Positions 20,010 to 29,364 are shown, counted from the first letter of the stretch. The stretch: 64,000 bases of DNA from Ignavibacteria bacterium (GCA_947458785.1 CANGZU010000001.1:4269-68268); one strand, 5' to 3'. The notes: generated by a model from the letters alone, not told the origin. A program made the numbers and translations.

Positions 20010-20401
20010 TGCGGAATCTTCTCATCATCGCAACGATCATGTGGGGGCTTGTGCTCGCATCATGCGATGGTTCAATGATTACCGAGCCACAAGATGTTGT
20101 GTTTCCAGACAGCAATGTGAGCTTTCGTGGACAGGTTTTGCCATTTCTGGCCGTTACCTGTGCGGTAAGTGGATGCCACGGAGACATAGGGGCAGCTGCT
20201 GGGATTCGGTTAACTTCGTACTCAACGTTACTTTTCGACAGACCCAACTTGGTTGTACCAGGCAAGCCCGACGAAAGCTTGATCATGCAAGTGCTCGACG
20301 GACGGCTTCTACATCCATGGGGGAACATCCAATCGGTCGTATCCAGCTCGCAGGTTCGTGGCATGGGTACATGGATCATCGAGGGCGCAATCAATAACTA
20401 G
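20009..20401 (+). CDS. Lipoprotein with planctomycete-cytochrome-c-like domain (CX4CH)
   Basis: Lipobox LASC; VSF..QVLPFL..TCAVSGCH; VVPGKPDES; WIIEGA. Confidence 0.65.
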   Translation: MRNLLIIATIMWGLVLASCDGSMITEPQDVVFPDSNVSFRGQVLPFLAVTCAVSGCHGDIGAAAGIRLTSYSTLLFDRPNLVVPGKPDESLIMQVLDGRLLHPWGNIQSVVSSSQVRGMGTWIIEGAINN

Positions 20402-20432
20402 GTCACTGAACATTCTTTCGGAGTCAATTTTC

Positions 20433-21452
20433 ATGTCGACACTTCGTTCGCTTCTTATTGCCTTGGCTGGCATCGCGATCATTGCTGGATGTCAACCTAA
20501 GGCCAAACCCGTGCCAATCGAAGGCCTCGAGCTCAAGAAAGATGAGCTCCGCAAATTCGAGATCAAGGTTCCTGCGAACTGGGTTGTCCAGCACCGAAAA
20601 GGCGATATGATCGTGGCCTTTAGCACGAAGGCACATGCTGCGAGATTCACGCAGTTTGGCAAGGGGCGTGGTGGAGCAAAGGTCGAGATTCGCGCCATCG
20701 CTATGGACAGCACCACGAACATTGATTCTCTTGTCAAGCGCTCTAAGCTCGAGTTTGAAGATGGCCTTGACCGTTACCAGAAATCAGTCGCAACGTTAGG
20801 TGGTAAGTCTGGTCAGCGCTTGTTCGTTGATTTCGACCAGGAAGACGGCAAGTTCGTCACTGAATCGTATTTCGCTGAGAACGACTCAGTGGTAACGATG
20901 GTCACATTCGCAGCCTTCGGCAACACATTCGAAGACTATGAAGAAGAGTTCAAAGAGATTTTGGCATCGGTAAAGCTTGCCAAGAAAATGGCTCCACTTC
21001 CGGCTGGTGTTCCGCAGGGGCCGGGAGCACCTGTCCCCCCTAGCGATACTCTTAAGCCACACAGCGGTGGCGACTACGCGATCAGCTATCCAAAGAACTT
21101 CGAAACCAAGAAGGGTTCAGCATCAGCCATAAGCTCAACGATCTTTGTTGGAGCCCGCTTGGACTGTTCAATCCAGGTTGACGTGATCAACGCAAAGGAG
21201 CAAAACAACCTTGACCGAATCGTAGAACAGAACAAGGCGCGCTATCCAGGCGCAACGCAGAGCAATGCAACGCTCGGCGGACAGAAGTCCGTTGTGTTTG
21301 CCTACAATCCAACGGCAACCATTGCAGCGCGCGCATACTTTGCTGTCAAGGGCGATAAGATGTACCGCGTCACTGTCAACTGGAGCAAGGCAGATGAAAA
21401 GGTCTATTTACCGATCTTTGAGAAGTGTGTTCGCTCAATGAAGCTCAACTAA
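20433..21452 (+). CDS. Lipoprotein with two repeated PsbP/Mog1-like domains
   Basis: Lipobox IAGC; two similar halves (FEIKVPANW..ATLGGK / YAISYPKNF..ATLGGQ) joined by a Pro-rich linker. Confidence 0.6.
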   Translation: MSTLRSLLIALAGIAIIAGCQPKAKPVPIEGLELKKDELRKFEIKVPANWVVQHRKGDMIVAFSTKAHAARFTQFGKGRGGAKVEIRAIAMDSTTNIDSLVKRSKLEFEDGLDRYQKSVATLGGKSGQRLFVDFDQEDGKFVTESYFAENDSVVTMVTFAAFGNTFEDYEEEFKEILASVKLAKKMAPLPAGVPQGPGAPVPPSDTLKPHSGGDYAISYPKNFETKKGSASAISSTIFVGARLDCSIQVDVINAKEQNNLDRIVEQNKARYPGATQSNATLGGQKSVVFAYNPTATIAARAYFAVKGDKMYRVTVNWSKADEKVYLPIFEKCVRSMKLN

Positions 21453-21466
21453 ACGAGACCGTACAG

Positions 21467-22639
21467 ATGAAGGTAGCCGTCATCATCGCCGTCGTATTGT
21501 TCTCCAGTGCGACGGCGTTTTCTATTCCGCAGTTCTCTGCCATTTCCGGAAATCGCTGTATCAACTGTCACGTTGCCCCTTCAGGTGGCGGCGTGCGCAA
21601 CGATCTCGGTTGGTACAGCTGGTATGATGTAGGTCTTGTCCCAAGAACGAATGACCTGTTCAGCTGGTTCTACGACAAGGACTCGTCGAATCAGTTCTTT
21701 AACGGCAAGCTGATTCTTGGCATGGACACTCGCATCCAAAGTACACGGTCCTTCAACAGCGAAGCCTCGGTGCGCAGAACATTTCCAATGCAGACCTCAT
21801 TCTACTCGGCGTACACGCCAATTCCCGAGGTCACCATCGAAGGTTCAGTGAATCTGTCGACGATCGCCCTTGGGTCTGACAATCTTCCCTACCCCGGAAT
21901 GCGTCCGGCAGCAATCTCAGCAATCATTGCACCATCATTCTCTTGGCCATCACTGCGCGTCGGCATGTTCCGTCCGAACATCGGCATGCGATACGACGAC
22001 CACACCATGGCCCCCTACTCCTACACTCTTGCTACGCAGCGCAGGACAGTGATTGCCCCAGACTGGTCCGAGCTTGGTGCCGAGGTATCCTACGAGGGGC
22101 TCAAGTGGCTCTCGCTTCAGGCTGGCGTCTTCAGCAGTGAAGGTCTTTCTCAGGTTCGCATCTCCGATGGAATTGAAACATTTTCAGTTGTCAACGGCAA
22201 CCAGCCAACACTAACAGCTAGAGCAGTGCTCTGGCCGCGTGCATTCAACGACAAGCTGAACATGTGGTTCGGCGGTTCATATCTGCAGAACAACGACTTC
22301 AGCATTACGAGCGCCTTCAGCGGAATTGGACTCAGCGATGAGTTCTCACTCATGCTCGACTACACTCGCATGCATTACGATGATCGCTTTAGCTCTGAGT
22401 CTATGATGGCAGAGTTAATGTATTCGGCATCGACGTGGTTCTTCCCGTATGTTCGGGCAGAGCGTTACTATACGGATCAGTATCGAGCACGTGGCACCTA
22501 CCTGAGTAACTCTGCCACAATCGGAGCTCAGATCTTTTTGATGCCCTATATCGAGCTGCGTCCGGAATACCGCATCTGGGACACGTGGATGACTGGTTAT
22601 ACGTCTCGCTGGAACGTGCAACTGCACTTTTTCTATTGA
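21467..22639 (+). CDS. Outer-membrane beta-barrel with N-terminal monoheme motif (Cyc2-like cytochrome-porin fusion)
   Basis: Signal peptide, IPQFSAISGNRCINCH, amphipathic beta strands, C-terminal VQLHFFY beta signal. Confidence 0.65.
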   Translation: MKVAVIIAVVLFSSATAFSIPQFSAISGNRCINCHVAPSGGGVRNDLGWYSWYDVGLVPRTNDLFSWFYDKDSSNQFFNGKLILGMDTRIQSTRSFNSEASVRRTFPMQTSFYSAYTPIPEVTIEGSVNLSTIALGSDNLPYPGMRPAAISAIIAPSFSWPSLRVGMFRPNIGMRYDDHTMAPYSYTLATQRRTVIAPDWSELGAEVSYEGLKWLSLQAGVFSSEGLSQVRISDGIETFSVVNGNQPTLTARAVLWPRAFNDKLNMWFGGSYLQNNDFSITSAFSGIGLSDEFSLMLDYTRMHYDDRFSSESMMAELMYSASTWFFPYVRAERYYTDQYRARGTYLSNSATIGAQIFLMPYIELRPEYRIWDTWMTGYTSRWNVQLHFFY

Positions 22640-22659
22640 TCGCAACAGGAGCCCCGTTC

Positions 22660-22959
22660 ATGAAACAGAACATCCTCATCATCATTGGAGTTGTAGGCAT
22701 CCTTGTAGGGGGCTGGCTCTGGGTTAAGGACGGCATGCATGTGTTCTCCAAGGATCGTGAAGAAGTGGTCCGCGAATTCAAGGACGAACTTTTCGGGACA
22801 ACCCGACGCGAAGTTGAGTACATCCCCGCATTTAAGTTTGGCCTACTTCCAGTCGATGTAACTGTAGCTGATTTCCCACGCTGCTACGCATTCGTAGGCA
22901 GTGTCTCAGTTGCACTCATTGGATTCGGCCTCTGGCGCAAACGCTCCTCTAGCAAGTAG
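22660..22959 (+). CDS. Small two-TM membrane protein
   Basis: Hydrophobic N- and C-terminal helices around a D.LFG loop; co-oriented in the gene run. Confidence 0.65.
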   Translation: MKQNILIIIGVVGILVGGWLWVKDGMHVFSKDREEVVREFKDELFGTTRREVEYIPAFKFGLLPVDVTVADFPRCYAFVGSVSVALIGFGLWRKRSSSK

Positions 22960-22967
22960 CACCTACC

Positions 22968-23058
22968 TCGTCATTCGTCATTGGTAATTCGTCATTCGTC
23001 ATTGGTAATTCGTCATTCGTCATTGGTAATTCGTCATTCGTCATTGGTAATTCGTCAT
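22968..23058. repeat. Tandem heptamer-based repeat: (TCGTCAT TCGTCAT TGGTAAT) x4 plus one TCGTCAT
   Basis: Four perfect 21-bp units read directly; fills most of the intergenic gap. Confidence 0.95.
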
Positions 23059-23068
23059 TAGCACGCCC

Positions 23069-23542
23069 ATGTCTACCTCATCTCGTCGTTCATTCCTGCA
23101 GCAGGCTGCTGCATCTGTTGGACTCGTTCTATCTGCTTCTACAGTGGCAACGCTTGTTGCCGGTTGTGAACAGGACGAAAGTCAGCCAACATCACCAGGC
23201 AAGACATATGATGTAAGTCTTGCAGCGTTTCCAGAGCTCAACACCGTTGGCAGTATCATCCAGACTACCATTGCTGGCGTGAATAACGGGGAGATGGTCT
23301 TCATCTCTCGTATCGATGCGCAGACGTTTGTGGTCTTCAGCACGGTCTGTACGCATTCAGGTTGCGGCGTGGGTCTGCCAATCGATGCTGCAAGCAATTG
23401 CGTTTGTCCGTGCCACAAGGCGGAGTTTGCACGCAGTAATGGTGCCGTACTAAGGCAGCCAACGTCTGGATCAGCTACGGACCTGCCCCGGTTTTCTTCG
23501 ACATACAATGCCTCTTCCAACGTGCTCACGATAACGGTCTAA
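23069..23542 (+). CDS. Tat-exported Rieske [2Fe-2S] lipoprotein
   Basis: SRRSFL twin-arginine motif, LVAGC lipobox, CTHSGC and CPCH Rieske boxes. Confidence 0.88.
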   Translation: MSTSSRRSFLQQAAASVGLVLSASTVATLVAGCEQDESQPTSPGKTYDVSLAAFPELNTVGSIIQTTIAGVNNGEMVFISRIDAQTFVVFSTVCTHSGCGVGLPIDAASNCVCPCHKAEFARSNGAVLRQPTSGSATDLPRFSSTYNASSNVLTITV

Positions 23543-23544
23543 GC

Positions 23545-24615
23545 GTGCCAATTCCCTCAGAGTATCATGACGCCGTGCGCGACGCCGTCTACGACGTAAC
23601 CGCACAGCATAAGCACCTGTCGTCGAGTATAGAGCGCGTCTTTCGTGAGTTTAGACCCGATGCAGAAACTGCGCGCGCCGTGCGTGCAGCTATCTATCAG
23701 GCTGTGCGCTATGACGATGCCGATGCTGCCATTGACGGAGCACTGGACGGAGTTGTTGATCAGCGTCTTGCGCACTTCCCTGAGTGGTTGCGTGTTCGCA
23801 TTCGCGAGGTCTTTACCGACAATGCAGACAACGTGCTGACGTCGATGCTCAGCGATGCGTCAACGTTTATACGCGTCAACACACACCGCATCGATATCGC
23901 CACATGTGTGGCAGCGCTCGCCCCTTACGCGCCGTTGTATCTCGAGAATGAGATCATTCGTATCGACGAACCATTTGGTCTGTACACATCTGAAGCATTC
24001 CAGCGCGGCTGGTTCGAGCAGCAGGACATCAATTCGTACAAGGCTGCATGCGAGCTACCGTGTACGCCAGGTATGCGCATTGTAGACGCTTGCGCTGGTG
24101 CGGGCGGCAAGTCTCTCGTGTTCGCTAGCCACATGAAGAACAAGGGACGCATCATTGCCCTGGACACGCAAGCCTCCAAGCTTGATGCACTTCGCACGCG
24201 ATCAACGCGCGCTGGCGTAGACATTATCGAAACTCGCGAGATAACAACCACGAAAGTGGTAAAGCGACTTCACGAAACAGCGGACGGTGTTTTTATCGAT
24301 GTGCCGTGCACAGGCACGGGCGTGATCCGTCGCAATCCCGACATCCTCTATCGCCTCACCCCAGAATCTCTGCAGGAGTTGGTTAACATTCAGGCCGACA
24401 TCTTGCGGCGGTCCGCACCGATTGCTAAGGTTGGCGCAACAGTTGTTTACACAACGTGCAGCGTGCTTCCCGAAGAGGGACGCAACCAGATCAGTGCGTT
24501 TCTGGCAACTGAGTCTGGTGCTAAGTTTTCACTCCAGCATGAATGGTCCACACTGCCCAACGATGCAGGGGGCGACGGGTTCTACGTAGCACGGCTCAAG
24601 CGCGAGGCTGTGTGA
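23545..24615 (+). CDS. RsmB/NOP family RNA m5C methyltransferase
   Basis: DACAGAGGKS, DVPCTGTG, YTTCS, DGFYVA. Confidence 0.9.
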   Translation: MPIPSEYHDAVRDAVYDVTAQHKHLSSSIERVFREFRPDAETARAVRAAIYQAVRYDDADAAIDGALDGVVDQRLAHFPEWLRVRIREVFTDNADNVLTSMLSDASTFIRVNTHRIDIATCVAALAPYAPLYLENEIIRIDEPFGLYTSEAFQRGWFEQQDINSYKAACELPCTPGMRIVDACAGAGGKSLVFASHMKNKGRIIALDTQASKLDALRTRSTRAGVDIIETREITTTKVVKRLHETADGVFIDVPCTGTGVIRRNPDILYRLTPESLQELVNIQADILRRSAPIAKVGATVVYTTCSVLPEEGRNQISAFLATESGAKFSLQHEWSTLPNDAGGDGFYVARLKREAV

Positions 24616-24616
24616 G

Positions 24617-24994
24617 ATGAACGCCCCAGAACAGATCACCGTGATCTTCGATGGGATGTGCAACCTCTGCGATGCCACCGTAAACCATTTGCATCGGCAC
24701 GACATAAACCGTCAGCTACGCTACATACCGTTTCAGGGCGAAGAGGGCTCGGCACTGCTCCGCAGACACGGCGTTATGGGTCCGCCCGACTCGGTATATG
24801 TTATCACGCCATCGGGAGAATTCTACACAGAAGATCTGGCCATGATCTATCTCTTTACCCTCCTGGGTGGATGGCACAAGCCCCTTGCCTACCTGATCAA
24901 GGCCATTCCTCGCTTGATCAGGCGTCCGGTGTATCAGTGGATGTCACGAAACCGGTATGCGATGTTCGGCAAGCGAGAGACCTGTCGGTATTGA
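24617..24994 (+). CDS. DCC1-like thiol-disulfide oxidoreductase (DUF393)
   Basis: FDGMCNLC motif, RNRYAMFGKRETC. Confidence 0.88.
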   Translation: MNAPEQITVIFDGMCNLCDATVNHLHRHDINRQLRYIPFQGEEGSALLRRHGVMGPPDSVYVITPSGEFYTEDLAMIYLFTLLGGWHKPLAYLIKAIPRLIRRPVYQWMSRNRYAMFGKRETCRY

Positions 24995-25020
24995 CCTCTT
25001 GGAAATCCCCTGTAGTTCGG

Positions 25021-25028
25021 TATCTTTG
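25021..25028 (+). promoter_or_regulatory. Putative -7 promoter element TATCTTTG
   Basis: Exact TAnnTTTG match upstream of rpoZ-coaBC. Confidence 0.55.
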
Positions 25029-25069
25029 CCGTCCTTGTCAAAAGTGAACCCATTCGGGAGTCAAGAATT

Positions 25070-25393
25070 ATGAGTACCTACATCGTTAATCCTGTCAAGG
25101 TCCGCATGGACGAGTCTGCAAAGGGCTCGATCTATAAGTCTATCGTTGCCATGGGCTTACGCTCACGTCAGATCAACGACCAGATCAAGACACAGATCTC
25201 CGAGCGCCTTGCCGACGTTATCGTCGACACGGACGAGGCGGAAGGTCCAAATGCAGACCAGATCGCAATCAGCAAGGAGTTTGACCTTCTTCCGAAGCCT
25301 ACGTTCTTGGCGATGAAGGAAATGACAGACGGTCAGATCCATGTCCGCACGGAGCCGCTTCCAGTTGCAGCTCCTTTGGTAGCAGAGGAATAA
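25070..25393 (+). CDS. rpoZ: RNA polymerase omega subunit (Bacteroidota type)
   Basis: IYKSIVAMGLRSRQIN, QIAISKEFDLLPKPT; conserved position before coaBC. Confidence 0.82.
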   Translation: MSTYIVNPVKVRMDESAKGSIYKSIVAMGLRSRQINDQIKTQISERLADVIVDTDEAEGPNADQIAISKEFDLLPKPTFLAMKEMTDGQIHVRTEPLPVAAPLVAEE

Positions 25394-25453
25394 CCAATCC
25401 ATGAAGTTGAGGAAGAGCCATCCGGTCTGTGCCGAGATGGCTCTTGTTGTCTT

Positions 25454-26707
25454 ATGAACATCCTGCTTGGAATAACCGGAAGCGTTTCGGCCTACAAAAC
25501 GCCATGGCTTGTGCGAGATCTGCGCAAGGCCGGCCACGACGTGCGCGTGGTGATGACTCCATCTGCCCGCCAGTTCGTAGCGCCACTGGCCCTGGAGGCG
25601 GTATCACTGCATTCGGTGATCATCGACCCCTACGATCCAGCAATTCAGCAAGGGGGCTCATGGCACGTGCATCTTGCTCAGTGGGCCGATTTGATCTTGA
25701 TCGCCCCTTGCTCAGCAACGACGTTGGCACGCCTTGCCACAGGGTTATGCGACACAGCTCTCATGACTGTTGTCTGCTCACGGACAGCCGACACTGAGCT
25801 GATCGTGTTCCCGGCCATGGACACCGACATGTGGCTGCAACCATCGACCAAGCGCAATGTTGAACAACTGCGCGCTGACGGCATCACCGTTGTAGATCCA
25901 GACTCAGGCGAGCTTGCTTCCGGACTGATAGGTCAAGGCAGACTGCCAGAGATTGGGAAGATCGTTGGGATAGTAGCGAGTGCCGAGTACCGAGTGCCGA
26001 GCAGCGAAGTTGGTCGTCCTCGCGAAAGCGGGGACCCAGCACTCGGAACACGGCACTCGGCACTCGGCACTCGGAACTCGCTGCTTATAACCGCTGGTCC
26101 CACCCATGAACGCATTGATGCCGTACGCTCGATCGTAAATCATGCCACGGGTACAATGGGATTTGCACTTGCAGAAGCTGCACAGAAGCGTGGGTACCTG
26201 GTGACGCTTGTGACGGGTCCAACAAATCTTCCAGCACCATTTGGCGTGGAACGCATAGATGTTGTGAGCGCACAAGAGATGTACGAAGCAGTGATGAAGC
26301 ACAGAGATGTGGACGCATTCATCATGGCGGCAGCAGTGGCTGACTTTACCCCATTGAAGCCGTCACAGCAGAAGATCAAGAAGGAACAACTCGGCGATAC
26401 TCTTTCGATAGAGCTTACCCGCACCCACGACATTCTCGCAGAGATCGGCAAGGGTAAGACAGAACGTCAACGCGTTGTCGGGTTTGCTCTCGAATCCGAC
26501 GACGTCGTCGAGAACGCGAAGCGAAAGCTCGCAACGAAGAGTGCAGACATGATTATTGCCAATCAGGCAGGCGTGCCGAACAGCGGGTTTGGCGGCGGAC
26601 AGAATACCATAACGATCGTTACGAATGGTTCGGATCCAAAGACCTATCCGGCGATGTCGAAACGCGCATGTGCCGAGGTGATCCTCGATGCATTGGAGAA
26701 CCTGTGA
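25454..26707 (+). CDS. coaBC: Bifunctional phosphopantothenoylcysteine decarboxylase/ligase
   Basis: GITGSVSAYK, PAMDTDMW, ITAGPT.E.IDAVR, AAAVADF, VGFALE. Confidence 0.95.
   Translation: MNILLGITGSVSAYKTPWLVRDLRKAGHDVRVVMTPSARQFVAPLALEAVSLHSVIIDPYDPAIQQGGSWHVHLAQWADLILIAPCSATTLARLATGLCDTALMTVVCSRTADTELIVFPAMDTDMWLQPSTKRNVEQLRADGITVVDPDSGELASGLIGQGRLPEIGKIVGIVASAEYRVPSSEVGRPRESGDPALGTRHSALGTRNSLLITAGPTHERIDAVRSIVNHATGTMGFALAEAAQKRGYLVTLVTGPTNLPAPFGVERIDVVSAQEMYEAVMKHRDVDAFIMAAAVADFTPLKPSQQKIKKEQLGDTLSIELTRTHDILAEIGKGKTERQRVVGFALESDDVVENAKRKLATKSADMIIANQAGVPNSGFGGGQNTITIVTNGSDPKTYPAMSKRACAEVILDALENL
25975..26082. repeat. In-frame palindromic element: CGAGTGC heptamers, GAAA-loop REP-like hairpin, CACTCGG heptamers
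   Basis: Left arm AGCGAGTGCCGAGTACCGAGTGCCGAG is near reverse complement of right arm CACTCGGCACTCGGCACTCGGAACTCGCT; central GTCCTCGC-GAAA-GCGGGGAC. Confidence 0.85.
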
Positions 26708-28638
26708 TAACACTATCGAACATTACTGTTGACTTTGGCACACGCGTGCTGTTCAAGGGCGTCAGCTTTCTGATCAAGTTTGGAGACCGTATTGGTCTTG
26801 TTGGACGCAATGGGGCTGGGAAGTCGACCATGCTCAGCATCATTGCCGGGGAGCGTCAAGCAACCTCAGGCGATGTATCACGTCAAAACGGTATTCGCGT
26901 TGGATTCCTCTCCCAGGACCTTACGCTCGACATCACCAAGACCCTGCGTGAGACGGCAATGCAGGCCTTCGAAGAGGTGCTTGCCCTGCACGACGAGATC
27001 GATCGCATTCAGCATCAGCTCGAGACACGCAGAGATTATGAGACCGACGACTACATGAAGCTCGTGCAGCGTCTTACAGATGCTAACGATCTCTATGCTC
27101 GGCGTGGAGGCCTTACGATGCAGGCAGACATTGAGCAGATCCTTACCGGTCTTGGTTTCGAACGCGAACAGCTAGACAATCCACTGACCATGTTCTCAGG
27201 GGGCTGGCAGATGCGAGCAGAACTCGGGCGATTGCTGCTGCAACGTCCAGACTGTCTCTTGCTCGACGAGCCAACAAACCACCTTGATATCGACTCCGTT
27301 CGATGGCTCGAGGATTTTCTCTCGAACTACGAAGGCGCCGTTGTCCTGATCTCGCACGATCGTACGTTCCTGGACAACATCACGAATCGCACGATCGAGA
27401 TCACGAAGAACAAGGTCTACGACATCCCTGCATCGTACTCCGAGTATGAAGAGATACGCGCTGAACGCATGGAACAACAAAAGGCTATTGCGGCTAGACA
27501 GGGCCGCGAACGTGAGCGGATGCAGAAATGGATCGACCGCTTCAAGTACAAGGCCTCCATGGCCTCACGCGCGCAGTCCCGCATCAAAGCGCTTCAGCGC
27601 ATGGATGTCGTAGAGGTCGATGATCAAGACACATCGTCAATTCACTTCTCGTTTCCAGCTGCACCACGCTCCGGTCGTGTAGTCGTTGAATGCACAAACA
27701 TCCAAAAGAACTACGGCGACAAGCGTGTTCTCAGAGGTGTAGACTTCGTGCTCGAGCGCGGTGAGAAGATCGCGTTTATCGGAAAGAACGGCGAGGGCAA
27801 AACAACGCTAGCCAAGATCATCGCCGGCGTAGAGCCCCTTTCCGGAGGCGACATCCAAGTAGGTCATGCCACCTCGATTGGATACTATGCACAGCACCAA
27901 GCAGATCTAATGGACGGACATCAGACAGTCTATGAGATTATGGAGCAGGCCTCGCCGCCAGAAATGCGCTCGCGCCTGCGCACGCTGCTTGGAGCCTTTT
28001 TGTTCAAGGGCGACGACATAAACAAACGTGTTGGGGTGCTGAGTGGAGGCGAGAAGTCACGTCTTGCTCTGGCGCGATTGCTGCTGCAGCCATACAACCT
28101 ACTGATTCTTGATGAGCCCACGAACCACCTAGACATGCTCTCCAAGGAGGTTCTCAAGGAAGCCCTTCTTGCCTACGACGGGGCCATGATCGTGGTCTCA
28201 CACGACCGTGACTTTCTTGACGGACTTACGGAGAAGATCATCGCCTTCCGTATGGGTACGCTCAAAGAGTACGAGGGAGATGTTGATGCATATCTCAAGC
28301 TTCTGGGCGACCCCCGTGTGCAGGATGCCCCGCCCCCTGCTGAGATCCCTCTCAAGCATGCCCCAGCTGCCGAGGACAAACCAGCCGTGCTAAGCCGCGA
28401 GGAACAAAAGGCTGTTGAACGGGAAAAGCGCAAGGCGGAGCGCAGAATCGCCGAGATCGAAAAGCAGGTTGGGATTCAGGAAAAGATGATTGCAGATCTC
28501 GAAGCAACACTTGCAGACCCAGAGCTCTACAAAGACCCGGTGAAGCAGCACAAGAGTGTGACATCCTACGACACTGCAAAGCGCGTGGTAGCGTCTCTGA
28601 TGGAAGAGTGGTCATCACTCATGGAAGTCCTTCAGTAA
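26704..28638 (+). CDS. ABC-F family ATP-binding protein
   Basis: Two ABC domains (GRNGAGKST, FSGGW, LDEPTNHLD; GKNGEGKTT, LSGGE), no TM, coiled C-terminus; GTG start overlapping the coaBC stop. Confidence 0.93.
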   Translation: MITLSNITVDFGTRVLFKGVSFLIKFGDRIGLVGRNGAGKSTMLSIIAGERQATSGDVSRQNGIRVGFLSQDLTLDITKTLRETAMQAFEEVLALHDEIDRIQHQLETRRDYETDDYMKLVQRLTDANDLYARRGGLTMQADIEQILTGLGFEREQLDNPLTMFSGGWQMRAELGRLLLQRPDCLLLDEPTNHLDIDSVRWLEDFLSNYEGAVVLISHDRTFLDNITNRTIEITKNKVYDIPASYSEYEEIRAERMEQQKAIAARQGRERERMQKWIDRFKYKASMASRAQSRIKALQRMDVVEVDDQDTSSIHFSFPAAPRSGRVVVECTNIQKNYGDKRVLRGVDFVLERGEKIAFIGKNGEGKTTLAKIIAGVEPLSGGDIQVGHATSIGYYAQHQADLMDGHQTVYEIMEQASPPEMRSRLRTLLGAFLFKGDDINKRVGVLSGGEKSRLALARLLLQPYNLLILDEPTNHLDMLSKEVLKEALLAYDGAMIVVSHDRDFLDGLTEKIIAFRMGTLKEYEGDVDAYLKLLGDPRVQDAPPPAEIPLKHAPAAEDKPAVLSREEQKAVEREKRKAERRIAEIEKQVGIQEKMIADLEATLADPELYKDPVKQHKSVTSYDTAKRVVASLMEEWSSLMEVLQ

Positions 28639-28659
28639 CAACCGATACGGGAGCACCCT

Positions 28660-29364
28660 ATGTTTCGCATTCTGGCTGTATCTATCATAACGTTGATTAT
28701 TATCCTGCCAGCTCACGCTCAGGATCAAAAGACTCAGCGTCAGATCTCTATGGATGGCGAAGCGTCGATGATGGTAGCTCCTGATATGGCTAGCATATCT
28801 ATTGGTGTTGAAACGGAAGGCACAGGCATTGCTGATATCAAACGCGACAACGATCAGCGTGTATCATCGATCTATGAAGCTGTGAAGGGGCTTGGCATTC
28901 CAGACAAGGATATCCAAACCAGCGAGCTCTCAATTCAGCCTATCTATGACTACTCCAGCAAGCGTCGCAAATTCCTGCGGTACGAAATGCGCAATGTTGT
29001 TGCCATCACGGTGCGCAAGCTCGACATCATTGAAAAGGTCATCAACGCGTCGGTTCGTGAAGGCAGCAACGTGCTCGAGGGAGTGCACTTCATCGTGTCG
29101 AATCGTGATGCATTAGTTGATTCCCTGCAAGTAGAGGCTGCCAAGAATGCAAGCAAGCGCGCCTCAGACATTGCAAGCGCAGTTGGCGCAAAGCTTGGTA
29201 AGGCACTAACAATCGCTGCGTCGAGAGGAGAAGTCCCTGAGCCGATACATGGTCGAAGAGCCTTTGCCATGATGGCTGATGGAGGGGGCGAAGCTTCAAC
29301 ACCGGTGTCAGGTGGCGAGATGAAGCTTCGTTCGTCGGTAAGTATTACTTTTGAGCTCGAATGA
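28660..29364 (+). CDS. SIMPL/DUF541 (YggE/BP26-like) periplasmic protein
   Basis: Signal peptide, VAPDMASISIGV, DIQTSELSIQPIY, VSITFEL. Confidence 0.88.
   Translation: MFRILAVSIITLIIILPAHAQDQKTQRQISMDGEASMMVAPDMASISIGVETEGTGIADIKRDNDQRVSSIYEAVKGLGIPDKDIQTSELSIQPIYDYSSKRRKFLRYEMRNVVAITVRKLDIIEKVINASVREGSNVLEGVHFIVSNRDALVDSLQVEAAKNASKRASDIASAVGAKLGKALTIAASRGEVPEPIHGRRAFAMMADGGGEASTPVSGGEMKLRSSVSITFELE

Noticed and set aside
22968..23058. CRISPR array
   Set aside because: Units are directly adjacent with no unique spacers, and no cas genes are in the window
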